Below are positions 9,607 through 20,723 of a stretch of 64,000 nt of DNA, piece by piece; position 1 is the first letter of the stretch, and the number at the start of each line of letters is the position of its first letter. Origin of the DNA: Desulfobacteraceae bacterium (GTDB lineage Bacteria; Desulfobacterota; Desulfobacteria; Desulfobacterales; Desulfolunaceae); assembly GCA_013619155.1 (NCBI GenBank), contig JABXKT010000001.1:12661-76660 (forward strand), given 5' to 3'. Made by a program: the position numbers and the translations under genes. The notes beneath the pieces are model-generated. The model did not search any database, was not told the origin of the DNA, and saw only the letters and a program-made list of their open reading frames with translations.

Positions 9607-10371
9607 TCATACCCCACCCCCGGCCGGATTGACACCAAACACCTTCTTTAGTAAGTCGGTGGTCTGCTTCACTGGATTTTTACGAATGGCCGCCTCTTCC
9701 TGGGCAATATAGTAAAAAATCCCCTCCACCCCTTTTACCAGTACATAATCCGTTAAATTTGCCGTAACATCCGGGACAAAGGGGACGGTCTTGTACTGAG
9801 CCATCACCGTATCATAGGCCTGAATCGCCCCCACCTCTGACAGGGTCTGGCTAACGATGGGTTGCATCTCTTCTTTTAAAAGAGGGGACATTTTCTCTTG
9901 AAAATAGAGAGTGGCCGAGTTGTCTGGCCCCTCATATATCGCCCTAACATCATCAAAACTCATCTCGGTAATCGCCTGAATAAAAAGTGATTTCGCCTTG
10001 GGCGTCGCCGCTTCGGCGGCACGGTTCAGCTTAAGTTCAAGGGCATCGACCATGTGCCCCATGCCGATTTTATCCACGGCGACCTTTACGGTATTCAGAG
10101 CTGCCGGCAAGGGAATATGGATAGCCGGGTCTTTATTGAATCCATCCACCCCCCCCAGACGGTCGACGACATGGGAGGTACCCATACGAAGGGCCTCTTT
10201 AAACGCAGCAGCGATCTCATCGGCACCGACCCCTTGATCCGGGAGAGTCACCGCCTTCTCCTCCGTTTTCTTAAAAATATTGACCTTATCCAGCCACGAC
10301 CCTTCCACATCCACCATCCCAACGAACCACACACACACAAACATCCCCATCATCGTCGCCATTTTTTTCAT
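9607..10371 (-). CDS. DUF4197 domain exported protein
   Basis: Signal peptide; KEALxxG, LNRAAEAA, EEAAIRKNP...LLKKVFG. Confidence 0.88.
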   Translation of the reverse strand: MKKMATMMGMFVCVWFVGMVDVEGSWLDKVNIFKKTEEKAVTLPDQGVGADEIAAAFKEALRMGTSHVVDRLGGVDGFNKDPAIHIPLPAALNTVKVAVDKIGMGHMVDALELKLNRAAEAATPKAKSLFIQAITEMSFDDVRAIYEGPDNSATLYFQEKMSPLLKEEMQPIVSQTLSEVGAIQAYDTVMAQYKTVPFVPDVTANLTDYVLVKGVEGIFYYIAQEEAAIRKNPVKQTTDLLKKVFGVNPAGGGV

Positions 10372-10806
10372 ATATTAAAACTCCTTATCTTTAATTTAAA
10401 GACAGTTGAAGACCCTATATCCGCATCCTTTTAAAAAAACATGGATATGCCCTCTCCCGCATCCCTATTCGCCTAAAGGTAAGGGCTCTGGCCATATTTT
10501 AAAAAATATTTAATTGTATCAAAATACCACCGTGATTTCAGGCGGCAAGCGGGGCGGGAAACCTATCATTTTTCAAATGATACCGACGAAGAGAAGCGAT
10601 GGGCATCATTTGAATATATGCTCTCATGTATCAAGGGTAACGATTCATCACAGAAGGGCCGACGATCGTCATCCATATTCTTTCATTAATAATAGGGGGC
10701 CCTGGCGAGCCCCCTATACATCGCCTGCGTTCGACCCCGGAGGGGAAGAAAAACGCAGAGGATTGTCATTTCTAAATACCCCTCCCATACAAAGAGAGGC
10801 TCCGTA

Positions 10807-12249
10807 TTAAAACTTGAATCGAATCCTAGAGGTCAGGCAATAAATATCCTCATCGGCATTGCCATCTCGATCTGCTTCAAACACATCCATGGCATTACCC
10901 GCAAATAGATACCCGGCGTTCAGGGAGAATTCGAGGTTCTCATAGATCATATAAGTGGCGTAGGCATCTACCTCAAAACCAATCTCATCGTTGGAACGGC
11001 CATTGCCCCCGTCATCGGTGTATTCCACATCTTCGGCAGTCATCATATAGAGAAGAGCGCCCCCGGCCTTCAGCTTGTCGGAGCAGACCCTGTCCATGGC
11101 CAGCTTATTAAAGTACAATCCCTTGTTGAGAATATAGGGACGCTCCGTTCCATAGTTGTCATCGGTGTAGCCCCCTTCAAAGAGGACGATACTGTCGGCT
11201 CGATCCACATCGGTGGAGAGAAAGGCATCGAAATCGGAATCGGAGTCGTTATCATCACCGGAGGCATACCAGGTAGTGTAGCTAAAGCGATTGGCCCCCA
11301 TATCCATACCGATGGTACCGTGCAAAAGGAAGGCCGACACATCAAAATCACCAGTCGCACTCCCGTTAAGGCCTGTAAATGAGGCGTTATCGATATCTCC
11401 GAACTGATACATGGCATCCCAGTTCATGAAGAAATTATCCATACTCGCCTTCCCATCGGCACCCACGGTATAAAGATCCATATCCACATCTTCAAACTTT
11501 TTCACCTCATACGTACCGGCATCGATGCTACCATCGCCATTGGGATCGGAAAACTGATAGAGGGCGAAGAGCCCCACCTTACACTCTGCCGCCGGTTTCA
11601 TATCGAAACGGACCGAAAGGGCATCTGAAGAGTCCTGGTCATTATCTCCACTAAAGTGCTCTTTCCCACGCATCCAGGCTACCTGGTATTTCATATCATC
11701 GAACTGGTTGCTAAAGGCAACCCCCATGGCCGTCTCGTTCCATACAAAACTATTGAGGGCAAAGGGCTGCAAACCGATCTTCACCCGAGCATTTTCCGTA
11801 TTGGGCAAGGCAAAATCGGTATAGGCCCATCGGGTCTCGATATTGACTCCATCCCCGGAATAGGTGGCGCCCCCACCCTTGGAATAATCTTGCCCAAAAC
11901 GCATGGCACCCAGCTCGACGGCATACACCCCTTTAATCTTGCCATCATCGCTTAGGACCTCACTCCAGAGACGGTACTTGATATCACCCCAGGTAGTCTT
12001 CCTATCATCGGTACCGATGACCTTGGTATTGTTACGATTGATAGTAGTACTGCCATCGGGATTTTTATCGAGAAGACTTTTCTCCATCGTACCCCCACTC
12101 GAATAAAAATCAGAGTGGTTGGTATACAAATTGAAACGGTTGTTAAAATCGCCATGAAATTCAAACGTGGCGGCTGCGGCCGGGGCCGCGCACAAGGCGA
12201 TGGCCACAAGACCCATCAAAAATCGACCCATTTTATTCATTCCACCCAT
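10807..12249 (-). CDS. Outer-membrane beta-barrel (porin-like) protein
   Basis: Signal peptide (APAAA), alternating aromatic beta-strand pattern, acidic loops and a C-terminal RFKF. Confidence 0.75.
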   Translation of the reverse strand: MGGMNKMGRFLMGLVAIALCAAPAAAATFEFHGDFNNRFNLYTNHSDFYSSGGTMEKSLLDKNPDGSTTINRNNTKVIGTDDRKTTWGDIKYRLWSEVLSDDGKIKGVYAVELGAMRFGQDYSKGGGATYSGDGVNIETRWAYTDFALPNTENARVKIGLQPFALNSFVWNETAMGVAFSNQFDDMKYQVAWMRGKEHFSGDNDQDSSDALSVRFDMKPAAECKVGLFALYQFSDPNGDGSIDAGTYEVKKFEDVDMDLYTVGADGKASMDNFFMNWDAMYQFGDIDNASFTGLNGSATGDFDVSAFLLHGTIGMDMGANRFSYTTWYASGDDNDSDSDFDAFLSTDVDRADSIVLFEGGYTDDNYGTERPYILNKGLYFNKLAMDRVCSDKLKAGGALLYMMTAEDVEYTDDGGNGRSNDEIGFEVDAYATYMIYENLEFSLNAGYLFAGNAMDVFEADRDGNADEDIYCLTSRIRFKF

Positions 12250-12985
12250 TGACTGTTACCTCCTGATTCCAGTTAAGAGAATGCCGATCACTCGGCATGA
12301 CTGATCCGGACTACATAAATTCGAATAAATATAAAGCAAAGCCAAATACTTATTAAAAAATAGCTTTTTTAAGGCGATATTAAAAAAAAGAGTGGGACTT
12401 AAAATGCATTATCGCCCCCTTAAAAAGCCCGGATGGGAGAAGGCGCATGCAAAATTACAGGTATACAACAGTGACTAAGGTTATCATGTCACCGTCTTAT
12501 GTCTATATATAAGGAGTTATCTTCGATATGCTGTATAGATTCCAGCCCCGTATGCGGGACAAAAAAGAGACCAGGCAATTGATTCATGCGCCTTGAGAAA
12601 ATATAGATGCCTGATATTATGAGGCATTTTTTCAAGGTTATAGATACTGATATATTTACAAAGAAGGTATTTTAAAATTAAAAATTGCGAAATTTTACCA
12701 CGCAAATGGTGTATATTCAAGCGTATAGTAAAAAAATATAAGACCATACTCATTGAGAGGCGGACACATCCAAACAAAAGGGCTCACGATGGCATCGAAC
12801 CACCCAACCCAGCAGAGGCGAAATCAAGGATATCGCCGGCGAAAAAGCGCCCCTCGAACCGATACCTAAATAATGCACCTCACTCAGATAAAATAAAAAC
12901 GCCTCTCCCAAGAAAGGCAAACCAAAATACACCCGATGAGCGACCCACCGATGGCCGGAGGCGTTTTTAAAAACCGAAATCGACC

Positions 12986-13168
12986 CTACTTTTTCAAACC
13001 GTAGGTTTCAGTGACCTGGGCACTCTCATCGGCGGAGAGCGTTTCCATATATCCTTTCCATCCGGGACACCACCCGATGTGCCAGCGCCACACCCGGCCC
13101 AGCGGGGATTTGGTGTTGGTATCGTAGATTGCCCGAAATCTGCATTTTGCACAATTGTGTTTGATCAT
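12986..13168 (-). CDS. Small Cys/His/Trp-containing hypothetical protein
   Basis: 60 aa with CAKC...WRWH..WCPGW; AAGAG upstream. Confidence 0.6.
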   Translation of the reverse strand: MIKHNCAKCRFRAIYDTNTKSPLGRVWRWHIGWCPGWKGYMETLSADESAQVTETYGLKK

Positions 13169-13548
13169 CTCTTTAAGTCCTTACATATTCATAGTCAGTA
13201 TGCACAGGAACACCACCTCAGCGTGATGTTCTCCTGCATAAAACCTTACCCGGTAAATCTTATTAAGGCAATACTCAATGTCTCTTAAGAGATCAGATCA
13301 GCACCCTTCCATCCCCATTAGTGGATCAAAAAAAACCTCTATAGCACATATATATACCTTATTTAACCCCAAAGGATCCGCTTGGTTTCGTCTTAAATAA
13401 GAGAATCATTAAAGGCTATTAATGATTCTCAATCCCCCCAATGCCCCTTTTCTATCCTACTAGCCCAAAGGGAACATCTCAAACACTTGAGAGGGTACTA
13501 TTTTACTCTCTACTTACTTTAGTTCCACGACTGTATATTAGGATAAAG

Positions 13549-14091
13549 TTACCTCTCACCGGCCCCGACCTCTTCGAGTAATTTCTCCATCCACCCTGCC
13601 ATGGCAACACCTTCGGGCCTGTAATAATGAGTCATATATGGCTTAATATCGATGATGGGACTCCCGTCGACAGCCTCCAGCCCTTCAACGCTTAAGGTGT
13701 TACCCACCCGTGATAAGAGCTTCACCGCTGTCACAAGAATCGGATTGGGACGTGCGGGGCTGCATGTCGAGAAGATACCCTTCATGGGAAGATCCGTTCG
13801 CCCCATGGGATGCACTTTAAGCAATGACCGGCTCTCCTCTGGCACCAGATGCGGCCAGTAGAGAACAAGGATATGAGAGAACTCTTCAATGCCGTCCAAA
13901 ATACCATCAAAACATGTTTCAATCACAATTTCCGAGATATTTTTAGCCACCATCTCAACCCGTTCTCGGGCACCCTCATTGCCCTCTTTTAATACAATAT
14001 CATCCGCATCGGCATGCAGCTCAGGCTGTACAAGAGTGCTTCGAACACAACCCACTGGTTTCAATAAAATCTCCATCGCCTCTCTCGTCAT
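13549..14091 (-). CDS. trmO: tRNA (t6A37-N6)-methyltransferase TrmO/TsaA
   Basis: GIEEFSHILVLYW, GIFSTCSPARPNPI and DGSPIIDIKPY; ATG at 14091 after GGAGG. Confidence 0.88.
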   Translation of the reverse strand: MTREAMEILLKPVGCVRSTLVQPELHADADDIVLKEGNEGARERVEMVAKNISEIVIETCFDGILDGIEEFSHILVLYWPHLVPEESRSLLKVHPMGRTDLPMKGIFSTCSPARPNPILVTAVKLLSRVGNTLSVEGLEAVDGSPIIDIKPYMTHYYRPEGVAMAGWMEKLLEEVGAGER

Positions 14092-14579
14092 AATATGTCG
14101 CCTCCATGTCCTTATGATCCCTACCAGACTCCCAGTCTCTGCCCACACAAACGTACATAAAAAATGATTTTCTATAAAATATTATACTGACTGTTTTACT
14201 ATAAAGAAATCATTTTCTTCACATGAATGCCCCGTTCAAAAAACATGGCGTCTCCATATATCTGGAAGGCCATCCGCCATGTCGACTTAAAGCCAGGCGG
14301 CAGCAAGCAAATTGTAAGGGATCATTTTTCGAAAATATATATGGATGGATTGTCTTACATGGGATGCCGCCTCCCCTTTTTATGGGTCAGGCGGCAGAAA
14401 CGAGGGGGGAGAGGATTCCAAGAGAATAGCCCCCGGCAGGAGCGCCGGAGACACAGCTAAAAAACAAATAACAGATTTAATAAGAATGCCGCAGTGCTTT
14501 CAAGGTGGTTCACCTTGCCGCCGGCAGGCTCGGTTTTCATGCCCGTTTTAACCATAGAAGGCATCGATTTTTGTATGTT

Positions 14580-15791
14580 TTATGGTTGCTCCGGCCCTTC
14601 CACCATCGCCGCGTAACGGTCTGCTTCGCCGATATCCCCCCGGCGGCGATAGATATCGCTGACGGCCCCGTAGGCATTCGAAGCGGTGGCGGGATCCTCC
14701 ATGGCCAGCGTCAGGTAGCGTTCGATGAGGGAGACTGAGACATCCCCCTCCTCCCGAAGAATATCGCTGTACATGAGCCGTATATGGGAAGGGGGACGCC
14801 TGCCACAACCGGCACACCGCCCCATGGAGGTTGCCAAAAGCTCTCGGGCGGCGCGGCTCTCTCCCCGCGCCTTCTTAAGGCGGGCAAGAAGAAAGGCGAT
14901 GCTCTCCTCCCACTGATTTTTCAAATGCCCCTCGAGCCAAGTTTCCGCCGCCTCCCCCCCATGGAGCTCCGAGAGAAGCCGACCCTTAAGGACAATAAAC
15001 GCCACAGAAATCGTCTCCATGGCCCCGATCGCCTCCTCCAAAAGGGCGAGAGCCCTTATGGAGTCCCCCTCTTTCACATGAAGATGGCAGAGTAGTTCCA
15101 CCCCATGGGTATGGGTGGGATAATGGATGAGAAAGGTTTCGAGAAGCGCCTTCGCCTTCTCATTTTTCCCGAGATGCTCGCAGGCTGTGGCCAACTCCAT
15201 GGCCACATAGCTCGATAGCCCGTTTGCCTCCAAGGCCTCGTCCAGAGCCCCTTCGGCCTCGGCAAAAGAGCCTGCATTCAAGGCACTGTAACCACGCTTA
15301 AAGGCATCACCATACCCCAGATACGCCGTTGCCTGATCTTCAGGAAGGGAGAAACAAAGGGCCTCAAAGGCCTCATCCTCCCGGGGCAACTCGTCTTTCA
15401 CCCCTTTTTCAGCCGGCTCCCACTCCTCACCCTCATGGGCCATGGCACTGTTCAAGAGAGCCATGAGGTCTGCGATGGCCTTTTTAGTCTCCCCTTCCGA
15501 GGCCAACTGACTGGCCAGATAGAGGAGATGATGGGCCTCGGCATCGATACCCGACTCATGGAGATCAACCGCACTCTCAAGATGAATTCTGGCCAGCATC
15601 TCCCCGCACCCGGCGTATTTCTCTTCAATTCGCCCCCGAAGGGCATCCTGCCCCACCACTTTTCCAGAGAGGGCCTCCAGAGCCTTGGCATATTCGATAC
15701 GCGCAGGTCCATAATGACTGGCCAAAACCAGGGCATCGCCCTTTTTCTCTCTGTCGGCGGGTGATTTAACAAAAAACGAGAAGAGACCCAT
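14580..15791 (-). CDS. Tetratricopeptide-repeat protein with a CxxC motif
   Basis: Helical Ala/Leu/Tyr repeats; CAGC near the C-terminus; AAGGAG RBS. Confidence 0.7.
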   Translation of the reverse strand: MGLFSFFVKSPADREKKGDALVLASHYGPARIEYAKALEALSGKVVGQDALRGRIEEKYAGCGEMLARIHLESAVDLHESGIDAEAHHLLYLASQLASEGETKKAIADLMALLNSAMAHEGEEWEPAEKGVKDELPREDEAFEALCFSLPEDQATAYLGYGDAFKRGYSALNAGSFAEAEGALDEALEANGLSSYVAMELATACEHLGKNEKAKALLETFLIHYPTHTHGVELLCHLHVKEGDSIRALALLEEAIGAMETISVAFIVLKGRLLSELHGGEAAETWLEGHLKNQWEESIAFLLARLKKARGESRAARELLATSMGRCAGCGRRPPSHIRLMYSDILREEGDVSVSLIERYLTLAMEDPATASNAYGAVSDIYRRRGDIGEADRYAAMVEGPEQP

Positions 15792-15819
15792 GATGACTCC
15801 TTAAAAAAATAACGATTCA

Positions 15820-16058
15820 GCTTAAGCCTCCGGCGGTCCTACCGGGAGCCAACCTTTTGAAAAGTTTGATAAACAAATATTCTCAAGCCACTTTGGGTTT
15901 AAGCGAAGAATCAAAGGCGTATGTGATTTGCCCCGAGGAACGAGGGGTAAAGCGCATATGCAATCTGCTTTCGAGGTGGCACACCTCGCCGCCGGAGGCT
16001 CAGTTTTTAAACCCATTTTCACCATAGAAGACCCTTGTTCAAGAGCCGAATAGTGACC
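15820..16058. repeat. Composite intergenic repeat
   Basis: GCCTCCGGCGGTCCTACCGGGAGCCAACC ... GCCGCCGGAGGC ... ACCATAGAAG ... GCCGAATAGTGAC; largely the reverse complement of 2850-3060. Confidence 0.85.
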
Positions 16059-16101
16059 CACAAAAAACAAAGGGGACCCGTCGGGCCGAATCAGAATGTC
16101 A

Positions 16102-17481
16102 TCACCCCTCCCCCCCATTAAAAAAGGTGCCATGCAAGGCGCGGACCGAGGCCTTTAAATCCTTCTCGTGGACAATGAAATATAGGGCCACCGGTGAGGG
16201 GCCAAAGGCGATCATCTCCACATTGATCCGGGCCTCATCCATGGCTGAGAAACAGCGGGCCGCCACCCCCTTGCGGGTGTGCAAGCCCTCCCCCACCATA
16301 CTGATGAGGGCCACCGCATCCTCCCGGTCCACCTTGCGAAAGGGGTTGGGGGTCAACTTTTCAAGGATGGCATACCCCCGATCCATATCCCGCTTGTCGA
16401 GAAGCAGCGAGATGCAGGTCTGGGACGTGACCACCGATTTGATATTAATACCGCTGTCGGTGACGCAACCGGTCACCTCGGCCAGCATACCGGGACGGGC
16501 CCCAACACCGGAGGCGTACACCTTAATAATGCCCACCTCGGTGTTCTGGGTCACACTCTTAATCACACGGGGAGCCTCAGGGCTGGTATGGGTGATCAGA
16601 CTGCCCGGGGCGTCGGGGTCTAGGGTACTCTTTATGGCGATATCCAGACCGTAACGACGAATAGGTTCCACGGCCCGGGGGTGAAGAATCTTTGCCCCGA
16701 AGTAGCACAATTCGGCGGCTTCGGCGTAGGAGAGAATAGGAATGAGCTCGGCCTCGGAAACCATACGGGGATCGGCCGTCATAAATCCAGCCACATCCTT
16801 CCAGAACTCCAAAACAGTGGCTTCCATGGCGACGGTGGCAACGGCCGCCGAATAATCGGTCCCCCCCCGACCATAGGTGGTGATGTCGCCCGTCTGACTG
16901 ACACCGTAGAAGCCAGGAATAAAAACCAGGGTCCCAGAATCGATAAGGGGGGTTAGATGCTCACGAAAATTGCCCCGGGTCACCTCCAAGTCTGCGGTGG
17001 CATCTTCATACTTTCCATCGGTGATCATCCCAATATCCTGGGGCATCCGGCAGACAGACGAGACGCCCCGTGCATTCATGGCACAGGTGAGGAGCTCCGC
17101 GCTGAAACGCTCCCCATAGCTACTGATGAGATCGCGCATCTTGGGAGTACTCTCCCCCGTGTAGCTGAGGCCATAGTAGTAACGTTCCAGCCTCTGGATA
17201 CCCTTGCCAAAGGTCTTGGAAAATGCCTTCTGAAGATCCGGATCGGAGATAATATGACGCGCCGTTGCCATATGCTTGCTGCGAATCCGCGTCATCAAAG
17301 AGGGAATCTTCTCCTCATCGGCCAGGGCATCGGCCATACCGTCGATAAGCATATCGGTGATGCCGTGAAGAGCCGATACAACAATAATATCGCCACTCAC
17401 TCGTCGTGCGAGAAGATCGAGAATGGATTCGATGGTCTTTTTGCCTTTGAGGCAGCCGCCGCCAATTTTTATCACTTTCAT
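16102..17481 (-). CDS. lysC: Aspartate kinase with two ACT domains
   Basis: MKVIKIGG, VVSA, SYGERFSA, GRGGTDYSA, ADPR, GAKILHP and C-terminal ACT repeats. Confidence 0.9.
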   Translation of the reverse strand: MKVIKIGGGCLKGKKTIESILDLLARRVSGDIIVVSALHGITDMLIDGMADALADEEKIPSLMTRIRSKHMATARHIISDPDLQKAFSKTFGKGIQRLERYYYGLSYTGESTPKMRDLISSYGERFSAELLTCAMNARGVSSVCRMPQDIGMITDGKYEDATADLEVTRGNFREHLTPLIDSGTLVFIPGFYGVSQTGDITTYGRGGTDYSAAVATVAMEATVLEFWKDVAGFMTADPRMVSEAELIPILSYAEAAELCYFGAKILHPRAVEPIRRYGLDIAIKSTLDPDAPGSLITHTSPEAPRVIKSVTQNTEVGIIKVYASGVGARPGMLAEVTGCVTDSGINIKSVVTSQTCISLLLDKRDMDRGYAILEKLTPNPFRKVDREDAVALISMVGEGLHTRKGVAARCFSAMDEARINVEMIAFGPSPVALYFIVHEKDLKASVRALHGTFFNGGEG

Positions 17482-17688
17482 GGTATTCGGGATTCTCCCT
17501 AGGGTTACATCGTCAATAATTCTACCTCTCTTACCATATTCATCCGACAGCAAACAACACCGAAGGATCGTACAAAAAATAAAGTCTAAAAATAAAAAAG
17601 GGCCCCCCACCGCAGAGACTATATACGGTGAGAGGCCCTTCAATAGGACCTTGACAAGAGAAATAAAAAAAATCCAGCAGCTGACGCT

Positions 17689-18246
17689 CTACCCGATGGG
17701 GAGCACCACACGCCCGTACTGCTCGTTGAGCACCTCGGCCATGGCAAGGTAAATCGCGCTTAAGCCACATATGATCCCTTCAAAACCAGCGATGGTGCCG
17801 ATAAAGGCAGAACCGGTCCAGTTATGAGCGGCCAAAAGGGCGAAGAGAACCGTAAGGGAACCAAAAACAAACTGAAGCCCCCGGTTGGCCTTCAGGGTTC
17901 CAAAGAACATAAAGAAGGTAAAAATCCCCCACATGAAGAGATACCACCCCATAAACTGGTGGCTCGTGGCTTCGATCCACCCAAATTTGGGCATAAGGAT
18001 CAGGGCCACCAAGGTAATCCAGAAGTGTCCGAAAGAGATAAAAGCCGTCATACCAAAGGTGTTACCCTTTTTAAACTCAAGGATACCGGCAATAATCTGG
18101 GCTATACCGCCATAAAAAATACCCATGGCCAAAATCATGGCGCTCATGGGAAAAAAACCGGCGTTGTGAATATTCAAAAGAACCGTTGTCATTCCGAAGC
18201 CCATAAGGCCCAATGGCCCCGGGTTTGCCAATACATCATTCTTCAT
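17689..18246 (-). CDS. satP: Acetate/succinate uptake channel, GPR1/FUN34/YaaH family
   Basis: Family signature LANPGPLGLMGFGMTT; ends YGRVVLPIG. Confidence 0.93.
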   Translation of the reverse strand: MKNDVLANPGPLGLMGFGMTTVLLNIHNAGFFPMSAMILAMGIFYGGIAQIIAGILEFKKGNTFGMTAFISFGHFWITLVALILMPKFGWIEATSHQFMGWYLFMWGIFTFFMFFGTLKANRGLQFVFGSLTVLFALLAAHNWTGSAFIGTIAGFEGIICGLSAIYLAMAEVLNEQYGRVVLPIG

Positions 18247-19508
18247 AACTCTCTCATCTCCTTTAAAAAGTGTGCATTTCGTTTCACCATAGGCTTTAAA
18301 AAAGACCCGCCATCTCACCATAACCGGCCACATCCACCCCGAAGAAACATCTCCCCTCGGCAGCGGGCATGGACGAAACTTATGTGACACGCATCCCCTT
18401 TAAAGCACGTCGCCTCAAAATTATACGCGTTGCATAACGGACAATTCCCATAGCCCGGCGAAGAGCCCGGACAACTGGTACCGACTCGTGAAATTTTTCC
18501 ATTCGCATACAAATGAACGTCGGGTTATATCAGAAACACTGCCAAGTAAGCAATCTAAAAATTGCTGTCAATTATAAAAAAATTAACTATACTCAAAAAG
18601 GACATAGTTTATATATAAACCCCTATATATTTTATATATCAAGGATATATGACAGTCCTACCTTAGGGATAAATTCTTACGATTTAACACCCCATCGATT
18701 CCAAAACAGATATCAAAATCACATCTTAATAAGCAAAAAATTCTGCCCTTCAAAGGATACCAGCCCATAAATCTCGCCATCCATTTACTATAGGACTCAC
18801 CATGCAGGAGGAACATACAAGATGACATTTTTCTTGGGAGGTCTTTCAATATGAAGTGATTAATTTTAAGGATGATGTGGCTAATAAATAAACGAGTATA
18901 TAGAAATATACTCTAATCGTCTCATATGGCGGTTAAAATATCAAGAACATAAAGTATCTCATCCACTACCCGCTCTACTCTCTCTCTCTTAAAAAAATCC
19001 ACCACCCCCTTCCCTATAGAAAAAGAGACGCCCAAAAAATACCTCAATCTTTGAGACAATAAAAAAATATTAAAATGGGAATAAGACCCTTCTTTCGACG
19101 CTCCTTTTACTTACCAATATCCTTCAATATTATCTTTAAGCGCCACATCATACCCTTTCTTAGAATCGGAGCACATAAGCATAAAAACATATCTTAAAAA
19201 TTAGCTCATAAGATCTCTTAAAGAGAAAATAACATCATACCAATCCGCCGCAAAAGGCTCTATACACAGTCTATATAGCGATATGGATAAAATCAATTTA
19301 AAGAATAGATAAGAGAGTAAAGATAGAACAAGCTTGACGAACAGACCGTCTTTGAGAGATAAAATTATAATCGCTTGCGTGCCGATTAACGACGCTATTT
19401 CGACCCAGAGAAGGAGCCTCTGCCATGCGCACCCATCAGATATCGCCATCACCTTGTCGAAACCCTGGGAGACCAACACCTCACCCACCCTGCCATAAGG
19501 ATGGATAC

Positions 19509-20372
19509 ATGACCCCTCGCTTTCGCATTATCGCCAATGGGGCAAACATCACTCCCCTCATCAAAGACCGCCTGGTCCATCTCACCGTCAAAGATGAGGC
19601 CGGCACCACGTCGAATACGGCATCCATCATTTTAAATGACCAGGATAACCGCCTTGCCTTCCCCAAAAAAGGCGCCGAATTTGAAATCCACATGGGCCAC
19701 TCGGGCATCGGAATGATCCCCATGGGCCTTTTCACCGTAGAGACCTTAAGTATCTCTGGCCCTCCAGACCGCCTCACCATCAAAGCCAAATCCCTTCAAA
19801 CCCACCAGACCCTCACAGAGAACCGTGTGGACAACTACAATCCCCTCACCATCGGTGAGCTGGTAACAACCATCGCCGCCCGCCACAAACTCATCCCCAA
19901 CATCCCCCCCTCCCTTGCCTCTATCCCTAGCGAGCCACTGAGCCAAAACGAGGAGTCAGACCTTCATCTCCTCACCCGAATCGCCAAAAATATCGGTGCC
20001 GTGGTCAAGACCACCCCCAGACACCTACTCTTTACCCCCAAAGAACATGCCAAAGGGGCCCCCCGGGAGACATTAACGCCGGTGGTGATCAAGAAAAAAA
20101 CACTCTCAACCTATAAATTTTTATTCCCAGACATAGAGGCGGATAGGGGCATCATGGGGGATTCCCTTTTCGGGGGGAGGGCCACAGGACTATTGTCTCT
20201 TGCCGTGGGAAACCCCTTTGTGTTGGCGGAAACACCGGTGATATTACCAGATATGTTGACAGAGGTGGCGGAACTCTCATGGGTGGTGAAAAGTGCGATA
20301 CACACAATAAACGGGGAGAACGGAAAATACACAACCGCCATCGATATCCAGACAGAAGAGGCGATGGAGTGA
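19509..20372 (+). CDS. Phage late-control D (GpD, baseplate hub)-like protein, orphan
   Basis: MTPRFRIIANGANIT..IKDRL..LTVKDEAG, MGLFTV....SGPP and Q.EESDLHLLTRIA are typical of P2 gpD-like proteins. Confidence 0.8.
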   Translation: MTPRFRIIANGANITPLIKDRLVHLTVKDEAGTTSNTASIILNDQDNRLAFPKKGAEFEIHMGHSGIGMIPMGLFTVETLSISGPPDRLTIKAKSLQTHQTLTENRVDNYNPLTIGELVTTIAARHKLIPNIPPSLASIPSEPLSQNEESDLHLLTRIAKNIGAVVKTTPRHLLFTPKEHAKGAPRETLTPVVIKKKTLSTYKFLFPDIEADRGIMGDSLFGGRATGLLSLAVGNPFVLAETPVILPDMLTEVAELSWVVKSAIHTINGENGKYTTAIDIQTEEAME

Positions 20373-20414
20373 CCCCGAATAGCATCACCCGAAGGAGAGA
20401 GGGTATCATTTGTA

Positions 20415-20645
20415 GCCACTATTCAGCGGCGCCTCCGGCGCTTTTTTTCTCAAAAAGCGCCAAAAACCGTCTGACAGGTGCGTGTTCCTGCCAGACGGTT
20501 TTTCAAGGAATGCATGGTTACAGTGGCGTGGAAAAACAGGCCTTCTGGCGGCCAGGGAATTTTTTGACTAAGCGGCTTTGCCGCCCCTATAGAATGTGAA
20601 GGGCCTTTGGTCCCATAGAAGGCTTTTTTTAAGCTGAATAGTCAC
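20415..20645. mobile_element. MITE-like element (end type C)
   Basis: Inverted ends CACTATTCAGC / GCTGAATAGTCAC; the internal CGTCTGACAGG..GTGTTCCTG hairpin is shared with 44231-44378. Confidence 0.6.
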
Positions 20646-20723
20646 ATGGCTCAAACGGCCAAAATAGACGTTTTTACCATTTATATCGACGCGCACTTTT
20701 TCGAGACACTCATCCTTAGAACC

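Noticed and set aside
18525-18548. Possible sigma-54 promoter for satP (minus strand TGGCAGTGTTTCTGA)
   Set aside because: The -12 element reads GA rather than GC; too weak to call.
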